The notes below the pieces were generated by a model. It was given only the letters and a program-made list of their open reading frames with translations, was not told the origin of the DNA and made no database searches. A program made the position numbers and the translations under genes. Shown here one piece after another: positions 31,345 to 41,999 of a DNA stretch of 64,000 bases; the first letter of the stretch is position 1; each line of letters opens with the position of its first letter. This DNA is from a bacterium (lineage in GTDB: Bacteria; UBA8248; JACPRG01; G963555815), in assembly GCA_965261595.1 (NCBI GenBank), contig CBDHDG010000003.1, positions 276,947-340,946 on the forward strand, written 5' to 3'.

Positions 31345-31416
31345 CCGCCCTCGACAAACGCTCGGCTGGATGAAACCATGTGAGGTCTTCGCCAAGACCG
31401 TTGCGTTGACCGCTTG
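31345..31416 (+). mobile_element. IS30-family transposase 3' remnant
   Basis: RPRQTLGWMKPCEVFAKTVALTA, cut by the adjacent IS3. Confidence 0.6.
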
Positions 31417-32827
31417 TGGAGTTGACCCGTTTTTGTGGACACCTTCAGACTGTGCGGAGGAGGTGTTCAGATGCCGAGAACTCATTCACCCTACGCGCCG
31501 GAATACCGGCGCCAGATGGTTGAGCTGGTTCGCTCGGGCCGTACGCCCGGGGAGCTGGCCCTGGAGTTCGAGTGTTCCGCTTCGGCGATTCGCAACTGGG
31601 TGCGCCAGGCCGACCGCGACGAGGGCCGTCGTGAGGACGGTCTGACAAGCTCAGAGCTCGAGGAGCTACGGCGGCTTCGTCGGGACAATCGTCAGCTTCG
31701 CGAAGAACGCGAGATATTGGCAAAAGCTACGGCTTGGTTCGCTCGGGAGACCGGCTCGGTCCGGGCGAAGTCTTCGAGCTCGTGAAGGCGAATCAGGCCT
31801 GCCATCGGGTGGCCACGATGTGCCGTCGGCTGGGTGTCTCCCCCAGCGGATACTACGCGTGGCGAAGCCGTGGGCGCTCTCTTCGTGCGAAGCGCGAGGA
31901 GGCGTTGCGTGGCACGATCCGGGCCATCCACGAGGTATCTGGTGGCACCTACGGGGCGCCTCGGGTCCATGCCGAGCTGATGGCCGGCGGCTGCCGGGTG
32001 AGCCGCAAACGGGTGGCTCGTCTGATGCGCGAGGCAGGGTTGGCCGGGGTGAGCCGACGCCGAGGCATGCGCACTACACGCGTGGACCAGAGCCATCGTG
32101 CGGTGCCGGACCGGGTCGAACGCCAGTTCCAGGCCAATGCGCCGGATCGGCTTTGGGTGGCCGACGTGCCCTACGTGCCGACCTGGACGGGGTTCGTGTA
32201 CCTGGCCATCGTGCTCGACGTGTTCAGCCGCCGGGTGGTGGGATGGTCGATGGCCCATCATCTTCGCACCGAACTGGTGCTCGGGGCGCTGAACATGGCG
32301 TTGGGACAGCGCCGCCCCGACGGGGTCGTGCATCACTCCGACAGGGGATCGCAGTACACTTCGCTCGCCTTGGGCAAGCGGTGCCGGGAGATGGGGGTGG
32401 TTCCCTCGACCGGGTCGGCCGGGGATTGCTTTGACAACGCCATGGCCGAGAGCTTCTTTGCCACGCTGGAGTGCGAGCTCATCGACCGGCGCTCGTTCCG
32501 TACCCAGGCCGAAGCGCGCCTGGCGATCTTCCAATTCATCGAAGGCTGGTACAACCCACGCCGTCGTCATTCGGCCCTGGGTTACCTCAGCCCCAACGAC
32601 TTCGAACGCGCCGTGGCGAAGGAAACGCCACGTGCAGTGCGCAACGCTCATCGTCCGGCTCGAGCCGTCCCCGGTGCTTCCCGGAGCAGCGAGCCAAAGG
32701 TCAAGACATACCCCCCGGGGGCACCCTATCTATCGGATCGGGAGAAGACTTTACGTCCACCGGCTGTCGCCCACCTCAGGGCTGGGGACGACAGTCATAA
32801 ACTGTCCACTGAAACGGGGTAACTCCA
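31417..32827 (+). mobile_element. IS3-family IS related to the 14230-15492 element, with longer 3' tail
   Basis: IRs TGGAGTTGACCCGTTTTTGTGGA and TCCACTGAAACGGGGTAACTCCA. orfA 31471-31785; orfB ~31782-32822 with DDE motifs. Confidence 0.93.
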
Positions 32828-33032
32828 GCTCCTCATGGCGAAGCGCCCGGAGGACCAGCACGTCCTCGAGCCGCTCGACCCAGCGCCCTTCCTCGATCGC
32901 GGCGCGCCACTCGGCGACGATGCGTTCGATGTTCGCGCGCCCGCCGTCTTCGAGCCACTCGGTCGCTTCCTCGTCGTACTCGCCGATGAGGGCGTCGGCG
33001 ATGGCGTGAATGAGCTTCGTGTTCGCCGTCAT
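32828..33032 (-). pseudogene. small hypothetical protein interrupted by IS3
   Basis: MTANTKLIHAIADALIGEYDEE... after GGGAG; the frame runs into the IS end. Confidence 0.4.
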
Positions 33033-33848
33033 GTCGTGCTCCCGTCAGCAAAGATCCGCTCCGGGCCGTCTCGGCGGCTCTCTCCGAGCCCCTACCGGAA
33101 CGACCTCTGTCCCCTCGCCTCGACTCCCGATGGCGGGGTGGGCCAAACGTGCGACCTGGGCTGTGCGACGAGGACGTACCGGTCCTGTCGGCGTCGGACC
33201 GAGAGAGACGGGAGTTGACCGAACGCCACCACGTAGCGGGCACGCGCCGGTCGAAACGCCAGCGGGCTCTACGGTGGCGGTGGAAGTATGGACGGGAGCG
33301 AAACGGGGTGGCCGGGTACGGGCGAGACCTGACAGCGGCGCTCCGCGAACAGAGCGCCCCCGTCCACTTGGAGAAGCATGGACGACAGGAGCACCACAGC
33401 GTGCGTTGGCCTTGGAACCGGGTTGTTTCCGGTATGCTTACCGCTCAGGTCACGCGGCGCGTCGCTGTGACGTAACGAGGAGCCTCGAAAACCTCATGAA
33501 AACAATCACATTTGTGGCTCAAACACGCGAAGGCGCCGCCTGTTCGTTACGAACATCGCGAGCAGCTGTTACCGAAGCTGCAGTTGCAGCCAAACTATGC
33601 CCGGCGTTACGGTGAGTGAAGCCTCGGAGGGTCAGGACACCTTGCAGGCGGATCGCCACTCCCGCTGCCCAGACAGAGCGTCGCAGTTGCAGGAGCCAAT
33701 CGCATGTACACAAGAGGATGGATTAAGCCATCCACAACAAGATCCTCTCCTTCATCCGCGGGATCGAAGCCAACCTCGGTTCGCGTTCGCATTTGACACC
33801 GGACCGTCGGACGCTTTCAGCAGACGCCAAAAGGAGTGAGTCCCCGCG

Positions 33849-36800
33849 ATGGCGATGATCACACCCGAACGCGATCTCGAAGAGTCCCTTGTCACGAAAC
33901 TACGGGACCTCAAGTACGAATATCGCACCGACATCCGCGATCGAGGAGCGCTTGAAGCAAACTTCAGGGAAAAGTTTGAAGCCTTGAATCGTGTCACACT
34001 CACCGACGGCGAGTTCCAGCGACTACTCGATGAGATCGTCACACCCAACGTGTACGAGGCCGCACGCTCCCTCCGGAACCGGGAAGCGTTCGTCCGCGCC
34101 GATGGCACGCCGCTCAACTACACCCTCGTCAACATCAAGGACTGGTGTAAGAACCACTTCGAGGTCATCAATCAGCTCCGAATTAACACGGACAACAGCC
34201 ATCACCGCTACGACGTCATACTCCTGATCAACGGCGTCCCGGTCGTTCAGATCGAGCTAAAGACGCTTGGGATCAGCCCGCGGCGGGCGATGGAGCAGAT
34301 CGTCGACTACAAGAACGACCTCGGTAACGGATACACCAAGACGCTCCTGTGCTTTGTCCAGCTCTTCATCGTCAGCAACCGCACCGACACGTGGTACTTC
34401 GCCAACAACAACGCGCGGCACTTCGCCTTCGACGCTGACGAGCGGTTCCTTCCGATCTACCAGTTCGCGGCCGAGGACAATACCAAGATTACCCACCTCG
34501 ACGACTTCGCCGATCGGTTCCTCGCCAAGTGCACGCTCGGCCAGATGATCAGCAAGTACATGGTCCTCATCGCGAGCGAGCAGAAGCTCCTGATGATGCG
34601 CGCGTATCAGATCTACGCCGTCAAGGCCATCGTCGACTGCATCGACCAGAACTGCGGCAACGGCTACATCTGGCATACAACCGGCTCGGGCAAGACGCTT
34701 ACCTCCTTCAAGGCCTCGACACTCCTCAAGACCAACCACAGCATCGACAAGTGCCTCTTCGTCGTCGATCGCAAGGACCTCGACCGCCAGACCCGCGAGG
34801 AATTCAACCGGTTCCAGGAGAACTGCGTCGAGGAAAACACCAACACCGCGGCGCTTGTCCGCCGCCTCCTGTCCGACGACTACGCGGACAAGGTCATCGT
34901 CACGACCATCCAGAAGCTCGGGCTCGCCCTCGACGAGAACAGCAAGCACAACCGGCGGGACATGTCTCAGGGGCGGTCAACGTTCAAGCAGCGGCTCGAG
35001 CAGCTCCGAGACAAGCGGATGGTCTTCATCTTCGACGAGTGCCACCGCTCGCAGTTCGGCGAGAACCACAAGGCCATCAAGGAGTTCTTCCCGAACTCAC
35101 AGCTCTTCGGCTTCACTGGCACCCCGATCTTTGAGGACAACGCGACCGTCAGGCAGATCGAGGTAGACGTCGCCACCCTTCGAACCACCAAGGACCTCTT
35201 CCAGAAAGAGCTCCACGCCTACACCATCACCCATGCGATCGAGGATCGGAACGTCCTTCGCTTCCACATCGACTACTACAAGCCAAAGGACACCCCAGCC
35301 CTCAAGCCCGGCCAGACTCTCACCAAGCAGGCGGTCGCCCAGGCCATCCTCGACAAGCACGATGCCGCGAGCGGAGGCCGACGCTTCAACGCACTGCTGG
35401 CCACCGCATCGATCAACGACGCCATCGAGTACTACGAGGTCTTCAAGAACCTACAGGCCGAGCGCCAGGCCGCCGACGCCGAGTTCGTCCCTCTCAAGGT
35501 CGCCGCCGTCTTCTCGCCGCCTGCGGAGGGTAACAAGGACGTCCAGCAGATCCAGGAGGATCTCCCCCAGGAGAAGGAGGACAACCAGCACGACCCCGAG
35601 GACAAGAAGATCGCGCTCAGGGCAATCATCGCCGACTACAATCTGCAGTACGGCACCAACCACGACATTAACAATTTCGATCTCTACTATCAGGACATCC
35701 AGCAGCGCATCAAAGATCAGCAGTTCCCCAACCGCGACCTGCCCCGCAAGGGCGAAGAGAAGGTCGACGTCACCATTGTCGTCGACATGCTCCTCACCGG
35801 CTTCGACGCCAAGTTCCTCAACACACTCTACGTCGACAAGAACCTCAGGCACCACGGCCTGATTCAGGCCTTCTCCCGCACCAACCGCGTCCTCAACGCC
35901 ACCAAGCCCTACGGCCACATCCTCGACTTCCGCCAGCAGCAGGACAACGTCGACGCCGCCATCGCTCTCTTCTCCGGCGCCCAGCCCGACCGAGCCCGCG
36001 AGATCTGGCTAGTCGACAAGGCTCCCGTCATCATCGACAACTTCAAGCAGGCCGTCGCCGACCTCGGCGAGTTCATGCAGTCGCAGGGCCTCGAACCCAA
36101 ACCCGATCAGGTCAACAACCTGATGGGCGACGACGCCCGCGCCCAGTTCATCAAGCGATTCAAGGAGGTCCAGCGCCTCCAGACCCAGCTCGATCAGTAC
36201 ACCGACCTTACGAACGAGCACCGGGAGCAGATCGAGCAGGTCCTCCCCAAGGACGGCCTCCGTGCCTTCCGCGGCGCCTACCTGGAAACCGCCCAGCGCC
36301 TGAAGGAGCAGCAGGGCGCGCCCGGCAAGGACGGCGAGCCGGCCAACTCCGAGGTCGACCAACTCGAATTCGAGTTCGTCCTCTTCGCCTCCGCCGTCAT
36401 CGACTACGACTACATCATGAAGCTGATCGCCAAGTACTCCGGACAGGACCCCAAGAAGGTCCAGATCAGCCGTGAGCAGCTCATCGGACTGATCCAGTCC
36501 GACGCCAAGTTTCTCGACGAGCGGGAGGAGATCACCGAGTACGTCCGCTCACTCACGGAGGGTGAGGGCCTCGACGAGGCCGCCATCCGCGCCGGCTACG
36601 AGCAGTTCAAGGCCGCAAAGCAGGCCAGGGAGATTGAGGGCCTCGCTCAGGCCCACGGTCTGAAGACCGAGTCCCTTGCGGACTTCGTCGACACCATCCT
36701 CCAGCGCATGATCTTCGACGGCGAGCAGCTCACCGACCTGATGGAGCCGCTCGGCTTGGGCTGGCGTGAACGTCGCGAGCGGGAGCTCGCCCTCATGGCC

Positions 36801-36884
36801 GACCTCGTCCCGCTCCTGAACAAGCGGACCCACGGCAGGGACATCTCGGGACTCAACGCCTACGAGCACGGGGGCGCGCGATGA
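33849..36884 (+). CDS. hsdR: type I restriction endonuclease subunit R
   Basis: RYDV.LLING.PVVQIELK, HTTGSGKT, DECHRSQFG, GFTGTP, MLLTGFD and QAFSRTNR. Confidence 0.96.
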   Translation: MAMITPERDLEESLVTKLRDLKYEYRTDIRDRGALEANFREKFEALNRVTLTDGEFQRLLDEIVTPNVYEAARSLRNREAFVRADGTPLNYTLVNIKDWCKNHFEVINQLRINTDNSHHRYDVILLINGVPVVQIELKTLGISPRRAMEQIVDYKNDLGNGYTKTLLCFVQLFIVSNRTDTWYFANNNARHFAFDADERFLPIYQFAAEDNTKITHLDDFADRFLAKCTLGQMISKYMVLIASEQKLLMMRAYQIYAVKAIVDCIDQNCGNGYIWHTTGSGKTLTSFKASTLLKTNHSIDKCLFVVDRKDLDRQTREEFNRFQENCVEENTNTAALVRRLLSDDYADKVIVTTIQKLGLALDENSKHNRRDMSQGRSTFKQRLEQLRDKRMVFIFDECHRSQFGENHKAIKEFFPNSQLFGFTGTPIFEDNATVRQIEVDVATLRTTKDLFQKELHAYTITHAIEDRNVLRFHIDYYKPKDTPALKPGQTLTKQAVAQAILDKHDAASGGRRFNALLATASINDAIEYYEVFKNLQAERQAADAEFVPLKVAAVFSPPAEGNKDVQQIQEDLPQEKEDNQHDPEDKKIALRAIIADYNLQYGTNHDINNFDLYYQDIQQRIKDQQFPNRDLPRKGEEKVDVTIVVDMLLTGFDAKFLNTLYVDKNLRHHGLIQAFSRTNRVLNATKPYGHILDFRQQQDNVDAAIALFSGAQPDRAREIWLVDKAPVIIDNFKQAVADLGEFMQSQGLEPKPDQVNNLMGDDARAQFIKRFKEVQRLQTQLDQYTDLTNEHREQIEQVLPKDGLRAFRGAYLETAQRLKEQQGAPGKDGEPANSEVDQLEFEFVLFASAVIDYDYIMKLIAKYSGQDPKKVQISREQLIGLIQSDAKFLDEREEITEYVRSLTEGEGLDEAAIRAGYEQFKAAKQAREIEGLAQAHGLKTESLADFVDTILQRMIFDGEQLTDLMEPLGLGWRERRERELALMADLVPLLNKRTHGRDISGLNAYEHGGAR

Positions 36885-38188
36885 CCGCCGACAAGCCATC
36901 GCCCTTTGTGCCGAAGCTGCGGTTTCCGGAGTTTCGAGACGTCCCTGATTGGGAAGAAGTGTCGCTTGGTACGTTCCTGGTTCGGGCACCTGATTACGGC
37001 GTGAACGCTGCGGCGGTGCCTTTTTCCGAGACCCTGCCAACATACATCCGGATCACGGACATCAACAGCGACGGTCAGTTTGCGCCATGTCCTCGGGTTT
37101 CGGTAGATGTCGGCGCTGCCGAAGAGAAATATCTCAGGGATGGCGACATTGTGCTTGCACGGACTGGGGCAAGTGTTGGGAAGTCATATCGCTATCGTGA
37201 GGAGGACGGCCGCTTGGTTTATGCCGGATTTCTGATTCGGGTGAGGCCAAATCCGCAACGATTATTGTCGCAGTTTCTAGCTGCGTACCTGTCGGCCTGG
37301 CGCTATTGGGACTGGGTTCGCCTCGCATCTGCACGAAGTGGACAACCCGGAATTAACGGTGCCGAGTATGCCTCAATGCCGCTACCTTTACCTCCAAATG
37401 GAGGAGCTCTGGCCGAGCAGCAGAAGATCGCCGACTGCCTCGGCTCGCTGGACGACCTGATCGCGGCGGAGGGCCGGAAGCTCGAAGTCCTGCGGCAGCA
37501 CAAGCAAGGACTGATGCAGCAGCTCTTCCCCCAGCCCGGCGAGACCCGCCCCCGCCTTCGGTTCCCCGAGTTTGAGGACGCTCCAGATTGGGAAGAGGTA
37601 ACGCTTGGAACGCTTCTGGATCGGCCACCTGATTACGGCGTGAATGCTGCGGCGGTACCATTTTCTGAATGCCTGCCAACCTACATCCGCATCACGGACA
37701 TCAACGACGACGGTCAGTTTGCGTCGCGTGCTCGGGTTTCAGTCGATATCGACGCCACCGACGAGCAGTATCTTGAGGATGGCGACATCGTGCTTGCACG
37801 GACTGGGGCCAGTGTTGGCAAGTCACATCGCTATCGCGAGGAGGATGGCCGTCTAGTTTATGCCGGGTTCCTGATTCGGGTGAGGCCCAATCCGGAGCGG
37901 TTATTGTCGCAATTCTTGGCCGGGTACCTGTCGACCTGGAGCTACTGGAATTGGGTGCGTCTCACATCAGAACGAAGTGGGCAACCCGGAATCAACGCTA
38001 CCGAGTATGCCTCGATCCCGCTCCCCTTACCTCCAGACAGACGAACTCTGGCCGAGCAACAAAAGATCGCCGACTGCCTGACCTCCATCGACGATAAACT
38101 CAACGCACAGTCCCGCAAGCTCGGTACGCTCAAGCAGCAAAAACAGGGCTTGACGCAACAGCTCTTTCCCAGTCTGGAGGCGGAATGA
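36881..38188 (+). CDS. hsdS: type I R-M specificity subunit with near-identical TRDs
   Basis: PKLRFPEF/PRLRFPEF and EQQKIADCL..K.GL.QQLF conserved regions; the two halves are offset by 213 aa. Confidence 0.95.
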   Translation: MTADKPSPFVPKLRFPEFRDVPDWEEVSLGTFLVRAPDYGVNAAAVPFSETLPTYIRITDINSDGQFAPCPRVSVDVGAAEEKYLRDGDIVLARTGASVGKSYRYREEDGRLVYAGFLIRVRPNPQRLLSQFLAAYLSAWRYWDWVRLASARSGQPGINGAEYASMPLPLPPNGGALAEQQKIADCLGSLDDLIAAEGRKLEVLRQHKQGLMQQLFPQPGETRPRLRFPEFEDAPDWEEVTLGTLLDRPPDYGVNAAAVPFSECLPTYIRITDINDDGQFASRARVSVDIDATDEQYLEDGDIVLARTGASVGKSHRYREEDGRLVYAGFLIRVRPNPERLLSQFLAGYLSTWSYWNWVRLTSERSGQPGINATEYASIPLPLPPDRRTLAEQQKIADCLTSIDDKLNAQSRKLGTLKQQKQGLTQQLFPSLEAE

Positions 38189-39264
38189 AAACCATCGAAG
38201 ACATTGCTTCAGAACTGCGCGACGACGCTGCCGCCGTTCATTTGCTTTACGCCTTCAACTCCGTGGGGAAAACGCGACTATCAGTGGCGTACAAAAACGC
38301 GACCAAAGAGGAAGACGGAACGCACGCGGGCGTCTACTACAACGCATACAGCGAGGATCTCTTCGTCTGGAACAATGACATCGAGAACGATGAGGCCAAC
38401 ATCCGACTCACGGTCCTCCCGAGTAGTCTCAGCAGACTTCACGCCGATCTTAACGAACTCGACCTCCACGCGAAGCTGAAACCGTACAGAGCGAGCTTCG
38501 ACTTCCGCTTCGTCATGCATCCAGATGCGGAGAAGGGGATTGAGTCGATTTCATTTTTCCCTGCGGGTACTCAGCCCGGCGATGTTCCGGCGATGAAGAT
38601 CTCCCGTGGCGAGGAGCGAGTGTTTGTCTGGTGCTTCTTTCTGGCGATGATGGAGGTGGAAGGCTGGGCGGATAGGCAGCCTCGCCATATATTCATCGAC
38701 GACCCGGTCTCAAGCCTCGACGACCACAATATCTTCGTGACCGCATCGACGCTGTACGACCTGATCGAGCAGCACTTCGGCGAACGGAAGCTCGTCATTT
38801 CCACCCATCATGTCGGGATGTTCTCAATCCTGTGCGATTGGTTGATGAAGGGCGAGAAGAGCAACAAATACAGACCGAATACAAAGGCGAGCATTCTCAG
38901 CGGTAAACATGGCGAGGTCTCGCTGGAGACCCACCGAAGCGACGTGTTCCTCTATCACCTCCGAATCCTTCAGGTGCTGGAGCAGGCTCGGCAAGAGAAC
39001 AAGGTCCGTGCATACCACTTCGCCCTTCTTCGTCAGCTGCTTGAGACCGTGTCGTCGTTCCTCGGTGTCGGTCGGATCAGCTACGCACTCGAACGCATCG
39101 GCTTCGAGGAGGCGGAGGAGATCTCCCGAATCGTGAACACCCTCGCTCACAAGAATGTCTACTACTACGAATCCGACCTCCTTGCGCCGGACAGCTTGGC
39201 GGTATTTGACGCGATTTACGAGAAGCTGAACACGCAGTACGCGTTCGTCTCCCATATGGACTAA
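38185..39264 (+). CDS. prrC: PrrC-like anticodon nuclease (ABC ATPase + HEPN)
   Basis: LLYAFNSVGKTRLS, YYNAYSEDLF.W.ND, KISRGEE, IFIDDPVSSLDD, ISTHH and LLRQLLE...NTLAH. Embedded in the hsd operon. Confidence 0.88.
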   Translation: MKTIEDIASELRDDAAAVHLLYAFNSVGKTRLSVAYKNATKEEDGTHAGVYYNAYSEDLFVWNNDIENDEANIRLTVLPSSLSRLHADLNELDLHAKLKPYRASFDFRFVMHPDAEKGIESISFFPAGTQPGDVPAMKISRGEERVFVWCFFLAMMEVEGWADRQPRHIFIDDPVSSLDDHNIFVTASTLYDLIEQHFGERKLVISTHHVGMFSILCDWLMKGEKSNKYRPNTKASILSGKHGEVSLETHRSDVFLYHLRILQVLEQARQENKVRAYHFALLRQLLETVSSFLGVGRISYALERIGFEEAEEISRIVNTLAHKNVYYYESDLLAPDSLAVFDAIYEKLNTQYAFVSHMD

Positions 39265-39267
39265 CCC

Positions 39268-40896
39268 ATGACAGAGAACAACCAGAAACAGCTTGGCAAG
39301 ACGCTCTGGTCCATCGCCGACCAGCTCCGCGGGGCGATGAACGCGGACGATTTTCGCGACTACATGCTCGCGTTCCTGTTCCTCCGCTACCTCTCAGACA
39401 ACTACGAGCAGGCCGCGAAGAAGGAGCTAGGGCGCGACTACCCCGACCCGAACGCCATCGGCAATGGCGGCCGGTCCTCCCTGTCTGTCTGGTACGAGCA
39501 GAACCCCGATGATGTGTCAGCCTTCGAAAAGCAGATGCGGCTCAAAGCGCATTACGTCATTCGCCCCGAGCACCTCTGGGCCAGCATCGCCCACATGGCC
39601 CTGACCCAGGACGGCGAGCTGCTCAACACGCTCCAAGCCGGCTTCAAGTACATTGAAAACGAATCGTTCCAGAGCACGTTCTCGGGACTGTTCTCGGAGA
39701 TCAATCTCAGCTCCGACAAGCTCGGCAAGACCTACGCAGACCGGAACGCGAAGCTCTGCACGATCATCACCAAAATAGCCGATGGCCTCGCGGAGTTCTC
39801 CACGGACAGCGACACCCTCGGCGACGCCTACGAGTACCTGATCGGCCAGTTCGCCGCTGGCTCGGGCAAGAAGGCCGGTGAGTTCTACACGCCGCAGCGA
39901 ATCTCGGACATCCTCTCCGCGATCGTCGCTCTCGACGGCCAGGAGCCGAAGACCGGCAAGCGGAAGCACCTCGCCAGCGTGAAGGACTTCGCCTGCGGCT
40001 CGGGCTCGCTGCTGCTCAATGTGCGCAAGCGCATGGGGCCGCACGGCATCGGCAAGATCTACGGGCAGGAGAAGAATATCACCACCTACAACCTCGCCCG
40101 GATGAACATGTTGCTGCACGGGGTGAAGGACTCAGAGTTCGAGATCTATCACGGCGACACACTTACCAACGACTGGGACTTGCTCCGCGAGACGAACCCA
40201 GCGAAGAAGCCCAAGTTCGACGCCGTGGTTGCCAATCCGCCGTTCAGCTACCGCTGGGACCCGAACGAGGCGTTGGGCGAGGACGTGCGCTTCAAGAACT
40301 ACGGGCTGGCCCCGAAGTCGGCGGCGGACTTCGCGTTCCTGCTGCACGGGTTTCACTACCTCAAGGATGACGGTGTGATGGCGATCATCCTGCCGCACGG
40401 CGTGCTGTTCCGCGGCGGCGCGGAGGCGAAGATTCGCCGCAAGCTCCTAGACGACGGGCACATCGACACCGTCATCGGCCTGCCGGCGAACCTGTTCTAC
40501 TCGACCGGCATCCCGGTCTGCATTCTCGTCCTGAAGAAGTGCAAGAAGCCCGACGATGTCCTGTTCATCAACGCGTCCGAGCATTTCGAGAAGGGCAAAC
40601 GACAGAACCACCTGTCCGACGAGCATATCGAGAAGATCGTCGAGACCTACCAGCAGCGTCCGGAAAGCATCGAGCGGTACGCCAGACGCGTGGAGATAAA
40701 CGAGATTGAGGCTAACAACTGCAACCTGAACATCTCGCGCTATGTCAGCACGGCCGAGCAGGAAGTCGCAATCGATCTGTCGGTCACTCATAAGGAGTTG
40801 GTCGAGATCGAGAAACAGATTCAGGAGTCAACGGCGAAGCACAACGCGTTTCTGAAGGAACTTGGACTGTCTCCATTGCCAGCGCCCAATAACTAA
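39268..40896 (+). CDS. hsdM: type I R-M methyltransferase subunit M
   Basis: LW.IADQLRGAM, GDAYEYLI, GEFYTP, DFACGSGSLL, ANPPFS and PHGVLFRG. Confidence 0.96.
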   Translation: MTENNQKQLGKTLWSIADQLRGAMNADDFRDYMLAFLFLRYLSDNYEQAAKKELGRDYPDPNAIGNGGRSSLSVWYEQNPDDVSAFEKQMRLKAHYVIRPEHLWASIAHMALTQDGELLNTLQAGFKYIENESFQSTFSGLFSEINLSSDKLGKTYADRNAKLCTIITKIADGLAEFSTDSDTLGDAYEYLIGQFAAGSGKKAGEFYTPQRISDILSAIVALDGQEPKTGKRKHLASVKDFACGSGSLLLNVRKRMGPHGIGKIYGQEKNITTYNLARMNMLLHGVKDSEFEIYHGDTLTNDWDLLRETNPAKKPKFDAVVANPPFSYRWDPNEALGEDVRFKNYGLAPKSAADFAFLLHGFHYLKDDGVMAIILPHGVLFRGGAEAKIRRKLLDDGHIDTVIGLPANLFYSTGIPVCILVLKKCKKPDDVLFINASEHFEKGKRQNHLSDEHIEKIVETYQQRPESIERYARRVEINEIEANNCNLNISRYVSTAEQEVAIDLSVTHKELVEIEKQIQESTAKHNAFLKELGLSPLPAPNN

Positions 40897-41291
40897 TCGA
40901 AGCGATCTCTCCGCCTATGGCTGGCGCCGCATGCATGGGGCGCTGAGGGATCGCCGTTGGATCATGAAGCACATGAAGATCAACCATCTGTCCCGCAGCC
41001 ATGGCCAAGGCCGAGTCAGCGCCGCGCAGCCGCGCACGGTAAGCAGGAAGACGGCTGAGACGATAGTGAGCGACCACTTCTTGAGGACGAATGACGTGCG
41101 GGCATGGCGCTCGATCACGACCTGAATGAACTTGAGATGCTTGGGAAGATCGTCTCATTCGGCTGCCATGTCGAAGGAGCGCGCCGGTAAAGGGGATGTG
41201 CCAGCTTGTGGATGGAACCCGAGCTCCGTGTACCGACGGGAACTCTGTGAAGCGCACCATGTGCACTGGCTGAGCCGCGGTGTTTGTCGAT

Positions 41292-41791
41292 TCCATGCCG
41301 AAGGCGTTGGTGGCGACCACCACGTCGATGTCGCCGTCGTGGAAGCCGCGCTTGATCTCGCGCTTTTGCTCCGGCGAGAGACCAAAGTGAAAATGCTGGG
41401 CGATGAGTCCGCTGTCGGCGAACGCCTGCGCGGTCTCCTCGGTGCTCCGCTTGGTCGTGCAGTAGACGATGGCGCCTCCCGAGCCTTCTCTCTCAAGTGC
41501 GTTTTCGAGTGCCCGATGGATGTGCTCGATGCGCTGCGAAGTCGAAGTTGGCATCACCACGAATTCCAGATTGGTGCGTTCCGTTCCATCGTCGAGGACC
41601 TTGAGCCGAGACTCTAGCGTCCGCTCGAAATGCTCCCGAATGTCGTCGACGACATCGTGCCTGGCGGTGGCGGTCAGGCAGAGGATGGGCGCGGAATCCT
41701 CTCCGTGGTTCTCGGCGATGTAACGCGCGACGTAGCGATAGTCAGGGCGGAAGTCGTGTTCCCATTTCGAGAGGAAGTGCGCCTCGTCCAC
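41292..41791 (-). pseudogene. RecQ-family helicase internal fragment
   Basis: VDEAH.LS.W.HDFRPDY, LTATA, GAIVYC and DVVVATNAFGM; both ends missing. Confidence 0.8.
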
Positions 41792-41999
41792 GGCCCGGCG
41801 TCAAATGCGGTTGGCGTTGCCGTGGGAGCTCGGACAGCGTGCTGCGTGCACGGACGCGGCGGCTGATACGCAGGGCGCAGGCGAAAGCCGAACGTGGCTG
41901 AATACGCTCGGCGTGGCGGTCGCAGTCGACTGGTCAGGACATGGTGTTCGGAGCGTCCGGACGACTGAAGCAGGCACAATTGCCACCGCTGACACGAGA

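Noticed and set aside
31180..31345. ACC/CAC-rich tract as a His-rich peptide or repeat
   Set aside because: Low-complexity scrap between mobile remnants with no RBS or consistent period.
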